DNA of 64,000 bases from Capsulimonadaceae bacterium (GTDB taxonomy: Bacteria > Armatimonadota > Armatimonadia > Armatimonadales > Capsulimonadaceae): NCBI GenBank assembly GCA_965215505.1, contig OZ244065.1, forward strand, positions 2,464,001 through 2,528,000, given 5' to 3'. This document shows, one piece after another, positions 44,283 through 54,142 of the stretch. The notes beneath the pieces are model-generated. The model was not told the origin of the DNA and did no database searches. It was given only the letters and a program-made list of their open reading frames with translations. Made by a program: the position numbers and the translations under genes. Every line of letters starts with the position of its first letter. Positions within the stretch are counted from its first letter, which is position 1.

Positions 44283-45926
44283 GTGGCAGGAGACATCCCT
44301 TCGTTGCGCCTACTCGACAACCGGCCCTTTCTGATTGCCGCACTGCTCGCCGCCTTCACGGCTCTCGTCTATTCGCCGGTGTCCGGTCAGGACTTCGTCC
44401 TGCTGGATGACGCCCGGATGGTCTACGACAATCCGCTTTACAATCCCGTGACTCCGGCCCACCTCCTGCGCCTTTGGGAACACCCTTATCAGGAAGTCTA
44501 CCGCCCCTTGGCCTACAGCTATTGGGCGGCGGTCGCGGCCCTCACCCGCCTCCCCGCGCCCGTGCCGGTGTTCTGCGGCGGCACGACCCGACTCAGCCCG
44601 CACGTCTTTCATCTGGCGAGCCTGCTGTTGCACCTGATCAACACCGTCCTGGCCTTCTTTCTGCTGCGCTTCCTGGTCAGGAAGGACGGGGCGGCGGCGG
44701 CGGGCGCGCTGGTGTTCGCCCTGCACCCGGTTCAGGTGGAGACGGTGGCCTGGATTTCGGCTATGCACGACCTCCTCTGCGGCACGTTCTCCCTGCTCGC
44801 CCTCCGGCAGTACCTCCTCTTCGCGGCCGGCAGGATGCAAGCGGGCAAGGCCGGAGGCGGGCGGCCCGGCTATCTCCTGGCGACCCTCTTCTTTGTGCTG
44901 GCCCTGCTCTCGAAGCCGGAGGCGGTGGCGGTCCCTTTGGCGGCCTGGATTCTGGCCCGGTGGTTTGTAGGTTTCCCCCACCGGAACTGCGCCCGGACCC
45001 TGGGGCCGTGGCTGGCCGTGGCGCTCGTCTGGATTCCCGTCACCGCTTCCCCGGAGACGGGCCGGTCGGCCGGCTTGTTCATCCCCATCTGGGACAGGTT
45101 CCTGGTCGCGGGCGACGCCCTGGCGTTCTACCTGTACAAGCTGGCCCTGCCGATCAACCTCACGGTGAACTATGGCCGAAGCCCGCAGTCCGTGCTGGGG
45201 CACGCCTGGGGCCATCTGACCTGGCTGGTCCCGCTCGCCCTGGGGGCGGTCCTCTGGCGGCTGCGGAAGCGCCTGCCCGAGCTGGCGCCCGCCGCCGGCC
45301 TCTCCCTAGCGTTCGTCCTGCCGACCCTGGGGTTTATCCCGTCCGTCTTCCAGAACTACTCCACGACGGCGGACCGCTACCTTTATCTGGCCCTGCTCGG
45401 GCCGGCCCTGGCGGCGGCCCATCTCCTGTCGCGGCCTCGGGGCAGGATGGTCCTTCCCGTCTGCGCGGCGGCTGTCGCCCTTCTGGCCGGCCTGAGTTTC
45501 GCGCAGACGCTGACTTGGAGCAACGGAGCGACCCTGCTGGAACAGGGGATCAGTGTCGCCCCGGATGTCGGGGGGACGCAGGAGAATTACGGGCTTCTGC
45601 TGGCGCAGCAGGGCAGACTCCCGGAAGCCACGGCGCACTTGCAGCGGGCGCTCCAGCTCGGAATGGACGACGCAGCGACGCACGGCACTCTGGCCCTGCT
45701 GCTGGTCCAGCAGGGCCGGGGCGCGGAGGCGACCGTGCAGCTCCAGGAGGCGGTCCGGCTGTCCCCGAGCGACGTGAACGCCCACCTCAACCTGGCGGGC
45801 CTGCTGGCGCGTCAGGGCAGGGGCGGCGAGGCGATCGCCCAGTACCGGGAGGCGCTGCGTCTGGCCCCGGCGAACGGGGCCGCACGCGCGGGGCTGAGGG
45901 CTTTGCTCGGCACAGGGGGCCACTAA
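44283..45926 (+). CDS. GT-C-like multi-TM protein with C-terminal TPRs (TMTC-like)
   Basis: FVLLDD, YRPL, FALHPVQVETVAWIS, ALLSKPEAV, ADRYLYL, TPR tail. Confidence 0.88.
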   Translation: MAGDIPSLRLLDNRPFLIAALLAAFTALVYSPVSGQDFVLLDDARMVYDNPLYNPVTPAHLLRLWEHPYQEVYRPLAYSYWAAVAALTRLPAPVPVFCGGTTRLSPHVFHLASLLLHLINTVLAFFLLRFLVRKDGAAAAGALVFALHPVQVETVAWISAMHDLLCGTFSLLALRQYLLFAAGRMQAGKAGGGRPGYLLATLFFVLALLSKPEAVAVPLAAWILARWFVGFPHRNCARTLGPWLAVALVWIPVTASPETGRSAGLFIPIWDRFLVAGDALAFYLYKLALPINLTVNYGRSPQSVLGHAWGHLTWLVPLALGAVLWRLRKRLPELAPAAGLSLAFVLPTLGFIPSVFQNYSTTADRYLYLALLGPALAAAHLLSRPRGRMVLPVCAAAVALLAGLSFAQTLTWSNGATLLEQGISVAPDVGGTQENYGLLLAQQGRLPEATAHLQRALQLGMDDAATHGTLALLLVQQGRGAEATVQLQEAVRLSPSDVNAHLNLAGLLARQGRGGEAIAQYREALRLAPANGAARAGLRALLGTGGH

Positions 45927-45936
45927 ATAACGTCGG

Positions 45937-46329
45937 TCAGCGCAGCGAGGGCTTGGCCGCCCGCCACAGGTCGCAGCAGGCGTGCTGCCAGCCTTGCAGG
46001 TACGCGCGCCAGTCGGCCTCCCCGCTTTCCCGTTCCCCCTCCGCCTCGTCGGTGCGCCGCCACTCCGCCAGGAGCTGCTTGGCGTTGACGGACGGGTAAA
46101 GGGCCGGATCAATCTCGCCCAGGGAGTCGAGTTCCTGGGCGGCCCCTTCGGGCATCTCCTCGGCCAGCATCCGCAACTCCTCCAGGGAGGCCCGCTCGAC
46201 GGCCCAGTTTTCGCCGTCCTGGCGTCCGCGCCGATACCAAAGCTCCTGGACGACGCGCTGCCGCAGCAGGCGCTGGACCAGACGCTGGACCTTGTCGTCG
46301 CCCGCCGTCGCCGTCGTTTTCTCGGTCAT
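45937..46329 (-). CDS. hypothetical protein
   Basis: GAGG RBS; GRQDGENWA...ASLEEL and YLQGW motifs. Confidence 0.65.
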   Translation of the reverse strand: MTEKTTATAGDDKVQRLVQRLLRQRVVQELWYRRGRQDGENWAVERASLEELRMLAEEMPEGAAQELDSLGEIDPALYPSVNAKQLLAEWRRTDEAEGERESGEADWRAYLQGWQHACCDLWRAAKPSLR

Positions 46330-46424
46330 GTCTCGTCCCTCTGTCAGCCTGTAGGCTTGAATGCGATTTTCCCCATTATACGCAGTTTGGCAGGAGGCGT
46401 CAAGCCCTTTCAAGTCAAGCACTC

Positions 46425-46453
46425 TTGCCGCCGGGCGGCGCGCGTGCTATAAT
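46425..46453 (+). promoter_or_regulatory. sigma70 promoter
   Basis: TTGCCG-17nt-(TGc)TATAAT upstream of GH4 gene. Confidence 0.75.
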
Positions 46454-46481
46454 GTTGGCAGACATCAAAGGAGACATCAGT

Positions 46482-48122
46482 ATGGCTTTGAAGATCGCGA
46501 TGATCGGGGCAGGCTCGGTCGGATTCACGCGCGGGCTGCTGCGCGACATCCTGTCGGTGCCGGAGCTTACCGACACGCAGTTCGCCTTCCACGACCTGTC
46601 CGACCACAACATGGACATGGTGACCCAGCTCTGCCGCCGGGACATCGCGGCGAACGGGCTTGCCGCCACGGTGACGCCGACGACCGACCGGCGGGAGGCG
46701 CTGGCGGATGCGGATTACGTCCTGTGCATGATCCGGCAGGGCGGGCTGGAGGCGTTCCAGTCGGACATCGACATCCCCCTAAAGTACGGCGTAGACCAGT
46801 GCGTCGGCGACACGCTCTGCGCGGGCGGGCTGATGTATGCCCAGCGGACCATCCCGGCCATGCTGGACTTCTGCCGAGACATCCGGGAGGTGTCGAAGCC
46901 GGGCGCGGTCCTGCTGAACTATTCCAACCCGATGGCGATGAACACCTGGGCCTGCAACAAATACGGCGGGGTCAAGACCATCGGCCTGTGCCACGGGGTG
47001 CAGGGCGCACACTGGCAGATCACCCGCGCCGCCGAGCAGTGGGCGAAGGCGGAGGGGATGCTCGGGCCGGACAAGAAGCTGCACCGGCGGGACGTGGCGG
47101 CCGTCTTCGCGGGCATCAACCACCAGACCTGGTGCGTCCAGGCCGAGTGGAACGGGGTGGACCTGATCCCGAAGATGTACGAGATGATGGCGGCGGTGGA
47201 AGACTTCCGGATTGACGAGAAGGTGCGCCTGGACGTGCTGGAGCGGTTCGGCTACTACAGCACGGAAAGCAACGGGCACTTCTCCGAGTACGTCCCCTGG
47301 TATCGCAAGCGCGTCGGCGACATCCCCGAGTGGATCAGCCTGCGGTCGTGGATCAACGGCGAGACGGGCGGCTACCTGCGGGTCTGCACCGAGGGCCGGA
47401 ACTGGTTCGAGCAGGACTTCCCGAACTGGATGGCGCAGGACCCGCCCAAGTTCACACCCGAGGCGCGGGGCGAGGAACACGGCTCGTACATCATTGAAGC
47501 ATTGGAGACGGGTCGGGTCTACCGGGGCCACTTCAACGTGGTCAACGAGGGCCACATCACGAACCTGCCGGACGGCTGCGTCATCGAGATACCGGGCTAT
47601 GTGGACAAAACGGGGATCAACATGCCGGTCATCGGCGACCTGCCGCTGGCCTGCGCGGCGACGTGTTCGGCCTCGGTCCGCGTGCAGGAGATGGGCATGG
47701 AGGCCGCCGTCAAGGGCGACGTCCTGCTTCTGAAGCAGGCGATGCTGCACGACCCCCTGGTTGGGGCCGTCTGCACCCCCGAAGAGGTCTGGCAGATGAC
47801 CGACGAAATGCTGGTCGCGCAGGCGCAGTGGCTGCCGCAGTATGCGGGCGAGATCGCGGCTGCGGCGCGTCGCCTGGACGCGGCCGTTGCGGACGGGACG
47901 CGGGTCGCCCTGCGCGAGACCGAAGGCGCGGCGCGGGTGCATACGGCGACGGTCGCGGAGATGCAGGAGCGGGCCGCCGAGTCTCGGGCGAACGCGCAGG
48001 CCGCCGACAAGGGCAAGATGACGAAGACGGCGGCGGACGCGGCGCAGGCGGAGACCGGGCAGACGGCGGAGGACGCCGAGACGCCGGAGGAGATGATGCT
48101 GGCGGTGGACGCGGCGGCGTAG
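46482..48122 (+). CDS. melA: NAD-dependent alpha-galactosidase, glycoside hydrolase family 4
   Basis: KIAMIGAGSVGF, DIDIPLKYGVDQCVGDT, LNYSNPMAM, GLCHGV, AGINHQTW, TESNGHFSEY. Confidence 0.92.
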   Translation: MALKIAMIGAGSVGFTRGLLRDILSVPELTDTQFAFHDLSDHNMDMVTQLCRRDIAANGLAATVTPTTDRREALADADYVLCMIRQGGLEAFQSDIDIPLKYGVDQCVGDTLCAGGLMYAQRTIPAMLDFCRDIREVSKPGAVLLNYSNPMAMNTWACNKYGGVKTIGLCHGVQGAHWQITRAAEQWAKAEGMLGPDKKLHRRDVAAVFAGINHQTWCVQAEWNGVDLIPKMYEMMAAVEDFRIDEKVRLDVLERFGYYSTESNGHFSEYVPWYRKRVGDIPEWISLRSWINGETGGYLRVCTEGRNWFEQDFPNWMAQDPPKFTPEARGEEHGSYIIEALETGRVYRGHFNVVNEGHITNLPDGCVIEIPGYVDKTGINMPVIGDLPLACAATCSASVRVQEMGMEAAVKGDVLLLKQAMLHDPLVGAVCTPEEVWQMTDEMLVAQAQWLPQYAGEIAAAARRLDAAVADGTRVALRETEGAARVHTATVAEMQERAAESRANAQAADKGKMTKTAADAAQAETGQTAEDAETPEEMMLAVDAAA

Positions 48123-48127
48123 GAAGA

Positions 48128-48221
48128 CCCGGCCCTGAAGGGCCGGGCTGCTCGTGAGTGAAAGCCCCTCCGGGGCTGGGGAGAAGCCACGACGGGCCGC
48201 CCTCAGCTCTGGAGGGGCTTT
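48128..48221. repeat. palindrome cluster (REPIN-like), right arm overlapping downstream gene end
   Basis: CCCGGCCCTGAAGGGCCGGG; AAAGCCCCTCCGGGGCT pairs with AGCTCTGGAGGGGCTTT. Confidence 0.65.
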
Positions 48222-49018
48222 ATGTCTTGTCGGCCGGCCTCAAGTGCGTACCGGATGAAGTCGAGCGTGCGCGCCGTGTCGCCGGGGTCGGCGGGCTGGC
48301 GGACTTTAGAAGACGGGTCCGGGCGCTCGTTCCAGGCGCACCCGATCAGCCCGGCCCATTGGTCATCCAGCGCCTCTTTGGCCCACTGCGCCCCGGCGAG
48401 CTTTGATCTGATGGTGCCGGTGTGGAGCGTGTGCAGCATCCGGCAGTAGCTCAGGACCGCGAACGGCTGCGCCCACCGGTTTTCGAGTCGGTAACGGCCA
48501 TCGAGGATCTCCGCTCCCCATTCCCGCATCGTCCCCAAGACTTCGCGCCGCAGGTCTTCGGCGGTCACAGAGTCGATGAGCGTCTTAGCATCCGGCCCGG
48601 CCAGGGTAATCCCGTGCTCCCGCGTGACCCAGCGGACGACCAGGGTGTCATCATGGCTGGACCGGACAAGCACCTTGCTGGTGTTGTCCAGATACCAGGG
48701 CTGCGCGCCTGCCGGGTCGAGTCGTCTCAGCGCGGCCTCCGGGAAATAGGAGCCTTCCAGGTGCTTCGCCCAGGGGGACGGAAGATCGTAAATCCTGGCG
48801 TGGACCGCTTGCAGTCCCGCCAGTTGGGCGTCGGTGAGTTCCGCGCGAACCGCCACCAGGAAGTCTACGTCGCTGTCTTCGTCGAAATCCCCGACCGCGA
48901 AGGAGCCTTGCAGGTAAGCCGCGGTGAGGTCCGCGCCGAGGGCGGCCCGAACGCCGTCCAGCCACTCGGACAGGACGGCGTTCAACTCTGGAAAGGGTGT
49001 CGGGGATGGCGTCAGCAT
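48203..49018 (-). CDS. nucleotidyltransferase, AadA-like (DUF4111)
   Basis: AYLQGSFAVGDFDEDSDVDFLV, LEGSY, AVLSYCRMLHT, SKLAGAQWA. Confidence 0.88.
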   Translation of the reverse strand: MLTPSPTPFPELNAVLSEWLDGVRAALGADLTAAYLQGSFAVGDFDEDSDVDFLVAVRAELTDAQLAGLQAVHARIYDLPSPWAKHLEGSYFPEAALRRLDPAGAQPWYLDNTSKVLVRSSHDDTLVVRWVTREHGITLAGPDAKTLIDSVTAEDLRREVLGTMREWGAEILDGRYRLENRWAQPFAVLSYCRMLHTLHTGTIRSKLAGAQWAKEALDDQWAGLIGCAWNERPDPSSKVRQPADPGDTARTLDFIRYALEAGRQDIKPLQS

Positions 49019-49025
49019 CGGGGCC

Positions 49026-50156
49026 TCACTCCTGCCCCTTCGCCGCCTGCCAGACCGTCTCCATCTCCTCTAAACTCAAATCGGAGACGGCGCGGCCCGT
49101 GTCGGCGGCGTGGCGCTCGATGTGTCGGAAGCGGGCGGCGAAGCGGAGGGTCATGCGGCGCAGGGCGTCCTCGGGGTCTATCTTGAGGTGCCGGGCGACG
49201 TTGACGAGGGTGAACAGTAGGTCGCCCAGCTCGTCGGCGGCGCGGGCGGTCTCGCCGCGCGCGATTTCGGCGCGCAGCTCGGCGATCTCCTCCTCGACTT
49301 TATCCAGGACTTCATTCACCGTCGGCCACTCGAAGCCGACCTTGACGACGCGCTTGGAGACCTCCAAAGCGCGCATCAAGGCGGGCAGGGCAGGCGGGAT
49401 GCCGTCCAGGACGCCCACGCGGTCCTCGTAGCCGGGTTCGCCGCGCTTGATCTGCTCCCAGTTTTTTAGCACCTCGTCCTCGCCAGTGACGGAGAGGGTG
49501 CCGAAGACGTGCGGGTGGCGGCGGATCAGCTTCTCCACGATGGCGCGGGTGACGTCCCCGACGGCGAACGCGCCGGATTCGCGGGCGAGCTGGGCGTGGA
49601 AGACGACCTGGAGCAGCAGGTCGCCGAGTTCCTCGGCCAGTTTGGTGGGGCTGCCGCCGTCAATGGCCTCGACGACCTCATACGCCTCCTCGATGACGTA
49701 CTTTCGGAGGGTCAAGGGCGTCTGGGCCAGGTCCCAGGGGCAGCCGCCGTCGGGGTCGCGCAGGCGGGCCATGACGGCGAGCAGGGCGCCGAAGTCGGCG
49801 GGCGAGGGGGCCGGGGGCGGAGCGGGGGCAAAGACGCGCAGGGGAATCCCCTCGCGCCGGACGGCTTCGGCCAGGAGGAGGCCCAAAGGGTCGCCCAGAA
49901 GGGGATGGCCGGGCAGGACGCAGGCGGCCTCGCCCGCGCGGGCGGCGTCCAGGATGAGGGCAGCGGCCTCGGCGTCGGGTAGGCCGTCCGGGGCGGCGTC
50001 AAAGGCGACGCCGCCCCCGGCTTGGAGCCAGAGGGCGGCGGGGTGCGAGGCCGCCCGGCTGAACCGGGGGCCGGGGACGTTTCGGAGGGCGTCCCAGGCT
50101 CCCAGGCTCAGCCCGTCACGGGTACCCGGAGGCCCCAGGCCGATCAGGGTCAGCAT
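49026..50156 (-). CDS. mazG: MazG nucleoside triphosphate pyrophosphohydrolase with reduced methylase-like N-domain (YabN-like)
   Basis: LRDPDGGCPWDLAQT, EEAYEVVEAI, EELGDLLLQVVFHA, KLIRRHPHVF. Confidence 0.93.
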   Translation of the reverse strand: MLTLIGLGPPGTRDGLSLGAWDALRNVPGPRFSRAASHPAALWLQAGGGVAFDAAPDGLPDAEAAALILDAARAGEAACVLPGHPLLGDPLGLLLAEAVRREGIPLRVFAPAPPPAPSPADFGALLAVMARLRDPDGGCPWDLAQTPLTLRKYVIEEAYEVVEAIDGGSPTKLAEELGDLLLQVVFHAQLARESGAFAVGDVTRAIVEKLIRRHPHVFGTLSVTGEDEVLKNWEQIKRGEPGYEDRVGVLDGIPPALPALMRALEVSKRVVKVGFEWPTVNEVLDKVEEEIAELRAEIARGETARAADELGDLLFTLVNVARHLKIDPEDALRRMTLRFAARFRHIERHAADTGRAVSDLSLEEMETVWQAAKGQE

Positions 50157-50181
50157 TCGTGCGTCTTCCCTTCCGGTGTCC

Positions 50182-51315
50182 TTACGGGTGGCCCGGCGCG
50201 AAAGGCGAGGCACCGCCGCCTGACGGCGGGGCCGGGGCCGGCTGCGTGAGCTGCTGGGCGAGCGTGGCGTACTGCGGTTCGTCGGCGGGGATGTTGATCT
50301 TGACGCCGCTCTGGAAGTCGCGCAGGGACTGCTGGAGCGTCTGCTGGATGTTTGGGTCGGCCTTGACCTTCTCCTGGAGCATCTGGGCGCGGACGAACTC
50401 CTTCACCTGGTCGAGTGTCAAGGTTTCCTTGCTCTTCTTGTCAACGACCTTGACCAGCCAGTAGGTGGGGCGGGCACCGGGTCCCTGTCCGGGCACGGTG
50501 AGGGGGGCAGTCACCGCGCCGACTTTGGCGTCCGCGATGGGCTTGATGACGGCGGCCAGGGCGGGCGGGATGGGGTCCAGGGGGACCCAGGTCGGGAAGT
50601 CGCCGTCGGGCGTGGATTTGTCCAGCGACTGCGACACCTGACTCTCGAAGGACTTGCCGCCCGAGATGGCCTTGGAGATCGCCTGCGCTTCGGGCAGGGT
50701 GCCGACGACGATCTTCTTGATGTGGACGCGCGCGGCGGTGGTGAAGGGCGGGGCGTCCTTGTGCGCGTTGTAGTAGGTCTGGACGTCGGCGTCGGAGACG
50801 GTCTGGCCCTTGGTCGCCAGCTTGAGCTGGGTGATCTGGGGCCGGAGCTGGAGTTGCTTGACCAGGTCGGCATTCAGGCCGGCGTCTTTGAGGGCCTCGT
50901 CGAAAGGCTTGACGATCTGGGTCTGCTTGATCGCCTTGAAGGCGTCGTACTGCCCGTTGATCTCCGCGTCGGTGGGGGCGACGCCCTGGTCCTGGGCCAA
51001 GCCCTCCAACATCAGGTTTTGCAGCATCTGCCCGAGGACGACCCGGCCCGCCTGCTGGCCGAGCGGGGCGAACTGCTGCGCGCTGGGGTTAGGCACATAC
51101 CCCTGGAGCTGTGTGTAGAACTGGGACTGGCTAATGGAAAGGGTGTTACTTTTCGGCGTCGTGATCGTCGCCACGGCTCCAGTGCTGCCGGTGGGACTGG
51201 TGATGGAGCCGCCACCGCCGCCATCGGTCGCCGAGTGGTTGCAGCCGGCCAGGGTGAGGGTGGATAGGACGGCCAGGGAGGTGAGCCGCGCCGCGCCGCG
51301 TCGTGTCAATTGCAT
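50182..51315 (-). CDS. PrsA/SurA-like parvulin foldase lipoprotein
   Basis: LAGC lipobox; SurA_N-like helices; VSDADVQTYY, GKSFE..SLDKS..DGD. Confidence 0.8.
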   Translation of the reverse strand: MQLTRRGAARLTSLAVLSTLTLAGCNHSATDGGGGGSITSPTGSTGAVATITTPKSNTLSISQSQFYTQLQGYVPNPSAQQFAPLGQQAGRVVLGQMLQNLMLEGLAQDQGVAPTDAEINGQYDAFKAIKQTQIVKPFDEALKDAGLNADLVKQLQLRPQITQLKLATKGQTVSDADVQTYYNAHKDAPPFTTAARVHIKKIVVGTLPEAQAISKAISGGKSFESQVSQSLDKSTPDGDFPTWVPLDPIPPALAAVIKPIADAKVGAVTAPLTVPGQGPGARPTYWLVKVVDKKSKETLTLDQVKEFVRAQMLQEKVKADPNIQQTLQQSLRDFQSGVKINIPADEPQYATLAQQLTQPAPAPPSGGGASPFAPGHP

Positions 51316-51357
51316 GATGGTTAAGAAGCTCCTTTGGATTGCGAAACAGGTTATAGC

Positions 51358-51410
51358 GATCGGTTCAGTGTAGATCGGTTCAGTGTAGATCGGTTCAGTG
51401 TAGATCGGTT
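51358..51410. repeat. intergenic tandem repeat, 15 bp x3 plus partial
   Basis: GATCGGTTCAGTGTA x3 then GATCGGTT. Confidence 0.9.
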
Positions 51411-51420
51411 TGGTATGGCG

Positions 51421-52041
51421 TTACAAAGCGCGCCGGGCGCGCAGGCTCAGGATCAGGTCCACTTCGCCTCGCCCCAGGCCCGTCCGGCGGGTGATCTCGG
51501 CGGGGTCGGTGACGCCCGCCTCCAGCAGCGCGTAAAGCGGCGCGTGGGCGGCGATCTCCGGTTCAGCCGCCTCCAGGTCCTGGGAGAAGACCGGGAAGGA
51601 CGCCGACGGGGGCAAGGCGCTCAACGCGGGCATCGGAGCCGGTGCCGAGACAGGTGCCGGGACAGAAACCGATGCCGCCATGGGAACAGGCACAGCAGCC
51701 GGAACGATGCCCACCGGAGCGGCCTCGGGAGGAGGCGCAAAGGGCGGCATCGGCGACAATGACATGACTGTAGGGGCGGACGCCGGGGCAGGCATAGGTA
51801 CCGGGGCAGGCGACGGCCTTACCTCCTGGAGCCTGCGCTCCGCAGCCTCCATGCGGGCGGCCAGATCCGTCACCAGGGCTTCCAGCGTGACACAGAGCTG
51901 TTCCAGTTCGCGTGCGTCGGCCTGCGCGGCGGCAGGCAGCGGCGGCGCGGGCCGGGAGGCGAGGTCGCGCCGGGCCAGCCACCACACGGCGCCGGTAAAA
52001 GCCAGGATCAAGAATTGGACGAGCAGCACTTCGATAGACAC
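51421..52041 (-). CDS. membrane-anchored protein with coiled coil, Pro-rich linker and C-terminal HTH-like domain
   Basis: N-terminal TM; AEITRRTGLGRGEVDLILSL. Confidence 0.75.
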   Translation of the reverse strand: MSIEVLLVQFLILAFTGAVWWLARRDLASRPAPPLPAAAQADARELEQLCVTLEALVTDLAARMEAAERRLQEVRPSPAPVPMPAPASAPTVMSLSPMPPFAPPPEAAPVGIVPAAVPVPMAASVSVPAPVSAPAPMPALSALPPSASFPVFSQDLEAAEPEIAAHAPLYALLEAGVTDPAEITRRTGLGRGEVDLILSLRARRAL

Positions 52042-52079
52042 AGTTTATAGCAAGGTTCGTAAGTGGGCCGCGGCACTGG

Positions 52080-53012
52080 TCACAGGGCCGCTTGAAGCAT
52101 CTTCCCAGACGACGTCTGGCGGCCCACCAGCAGAGTGATCAGGCGCGTCCCGTTCCGCCCGCGCAGGACGTCCGGTTTGAGCCACAGGCACAGCCGCCCC
52201 CCGCCGTCGGTCACGACCAGGCGGCTGACCGCGAGGATCGGGACGCCGGGGAAGACACCCAGCAGGGTCACGTCGCCGGGCGGCAGCTGGGCGGCCTCGG
52301 CCAGACGCCGCCCCTCCGCCTCGAAGGCCAGCGCGAGCGGCACACCCGGCGGCGGGGCAAGCCCACGCCGCGTCAGGGCCATCCGGCTCAGGACGGCGTC
52401 GCCGCCCCAGCGGACGCGCAAGTCGGGGACGCGCGGGGGGCGCAGCGCGCGGCACCGGGGGGCGTCCACGCCCCACCCCTTCAGCGCCCGGCCGGACTTC
52501 CCGCCCGGCAGCGTCAGGAGGCCGACGGGGCGGACGCGCACCGGCTCGGGCGGCAAGGCCAGAAACGAGTCTGGCAGTCGCACCACGAAGGCGGGCAAGA
52601 GCAGGTCCGCGTTCTCAACGCGCCCCGCTTTGGCCCGGAAGACCGTCATCGCGCGGCAGACAGACGGCGCGAGCGCCGCGCTGCCTTCCGCAAGGCGGGC
52701 GACGGGGAGCAGGTCGCCGTCACGCGCGCCCGCCCCGGCCTCGGGGACGGGGGCCTGCCGGGTCGCGCCCAGCGGCTTCCAGTCCCGCTCCCGCCCGCCA
52801 GGCGCGACCGGGGCCGGAGGGCCAAGCGGCGTGACGCGGACGCCGACCGCCGCCGTCATCTGCGATGGGGGCAGGTCCCGCACGGCGACACGGGAGGCCA
52901 GCCGCCCCAGAGCGCGGCGGACGGCCTGCCAGGCACGGCTGGGCGGCCCGGCGGCCTCCGGCAACGCCTCGGCAGGTCCTACGGCCCCGCCTCCTTGTTC
53001 TCGTCGTCCCAT
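52080..53012 (-). CDS. hypothetical protein
   Basis: 310-aa ORF filling gap in a minus-strand operon; folded-looking C-terminus. Confidence 0.55.
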   Translation of the reverse strand: MGRREQGGGAVGPAEALPEAAGPPSRAWQAVRRALGRLASRVAVRDLPPSQMTAAVGVRVTPLGPPAPVAPGGRERDWKPLGATRQAPVPEAGAGARDGDLLPVARLAEGSAALAPSVCRAMTVFRAKAGRVENADLLLPAFVVRLPDSFLALPPEPVRVRPVGLLTLPGGKSGRALKGWGVDAPRCRALRPPRVPDLRVRWGGDAVLSRMALTRRGLAPPPGVPLALAFEAEGRRLAEAAQLPPGDVTLLGVFPGVPILAVSRLVVTDGGGRLCLWLKPDVLRGRNGTRLITLLVGRQTSSGKMLQAAL

Positions 53013-53545
53013 AGCATCTTGATCGCGGCCTCAACGCGGGCCAGCGGCTCGGTCGGGTCCATCGTCCGCCCGGCTTCAGTCAGCAGGCGGGTCGCCTCGG
53101 CCCGCAGGGCGGCGTCGCCCGGCATCGGCAGCCGGATTCGGACGGGGGAGCCGCTATCGGTGACTTGCAGGAAGTACTCGGTGTCGGAGATGTCCTGGAC
53201 CGCGCCGAACTCCTTCAACGGCGGGACGCGCGCGCCGAGCATCAGGAGGACGCGCTTGCCCGCCGCCGCGACCGTGTCCAGCAGGGCAGGTTCCGAGACG
53301 ACGAACAGGTCCGGCTTCTGTTCCAACCGCCCGATCAGGTTGCCCGCGATGACGTCCCCGTGGATGTATTTTTCAAGCACGTCGCCGTACAGGATGCGCT
53401 GCAACTTGGTGGCGCGCACCGGCTCGGTGTAGCGGAATTCCAGGGGCAGCCCGTGGACGTCCGTCACCATCGCGCCGCCCATGAAGACGTCCTCGGCCAC
53501 GGACAGGGACAGGACATAGCCGATACTGAGTTTCGCCGCCGCCAT
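52979..53545 (-). CDS. conserved hypothetical protein
   Basis: GGAMVTDVHGLPLEFRYTEPVRATKLQRILYG, EPLARVEAAI; strong GC3 bias. Confidence 0.8.
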   Translation of the reverse strand: MAAAKLSIGYVLSLSVAEDVFMGGAMVTDVHGLPLEFRYTEPVRATKLQRILYGDVLEKYIHGDVIAGNLIGRLEQKPDLFVVSEPALLDTVAAAGKRVLLMLGARVPPLKEFGAVQDISDTEYFLQVTDSGSPVRIRLPMPGDAALRAEATRLLTEAGRTMDPTEPLARVEAAIKMLWDDENKEAGP

Positions 53546-53679
53546 TGGCTTTCCCGCCCGCCCCTCTCGCCATCCCCATTGTCTACCGCGACGGCCTGCC
53601 GCCGTGTTCCCGCTTAGTGTAGCCTATTCGGGGCGAGGTGTCAAGCCTGGGGGCAAACCTGGGGCCGAAGGCAAGGCCG

Positions 53680-53708
53680 TTGACAGGGGGCGGACAATCA
53701 AGTATGAT
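53680..53708 (+). promoter_or_regulatory. sigma70 promoter
   Basis: TTGACA-17nt-TATGAT upstream of HEPN pair. Confidence 0.75.
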
Positions 53709-53742
53709 GAGGCGACGGCGGTAGACATGGAGGTGATGGCCA

Positions 53743-54142
53743 ATGATCGCCATTGCGGAGTTACGGAAGACGGCGCGCGAACACCTGCGCCTGGCGGGGA
53801 TACTGCACAAGAACCGCGCCCTATGACGGCGCGGTCTATCACTGCGGCTACGCGGTCGAGATCGCGCTGAAGACGCGCCTCTGTCGCACACTGCGCTGGG
53901 CGGGGTTCCCCGGGTCGGCGAAAGAGTTCCAGAACTTCAAGAGCCTCCAGACGCACAATCTGGAGACGCTGCTGAGGTTCTCGGGCGTGGAAAGCCGCGT
54001 CACGCTCGCCCTTGATGCCGAATGGTCACAAGTCAAGGAGTGGAACCCGGAGCAACGCTACGACCCGGTGGGAACACAGACCGCCGCCGACTCCGGCGAC
54101 ATGATCACTGCGACCCGGAAGATTTTGAGGACGGTACTATGA
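53743..54142 (+). pseudogene. HEPN-domain protein with +1 frameshift
   Basis: GGAGGT RBS, MIAIAELR...KNRA; one extra C at 53819-53821; then YDGAVYHCGYAVEIALK...THNLETLL...WNPEQRY. Confidence 0.75.

Noticed and set aside
48203-49018. Bona fide aminoglycoside resistance gene (also beta-lactamase at 2059-3489)
   Set aside because: Only family-level motifs; no mobile context, and substrate cannot be inferred
51358-51410. Possible CRISPR or iteron array
   Set aside because: 15-bp head-to-tail units without spacers; no rep or cas gene nearby
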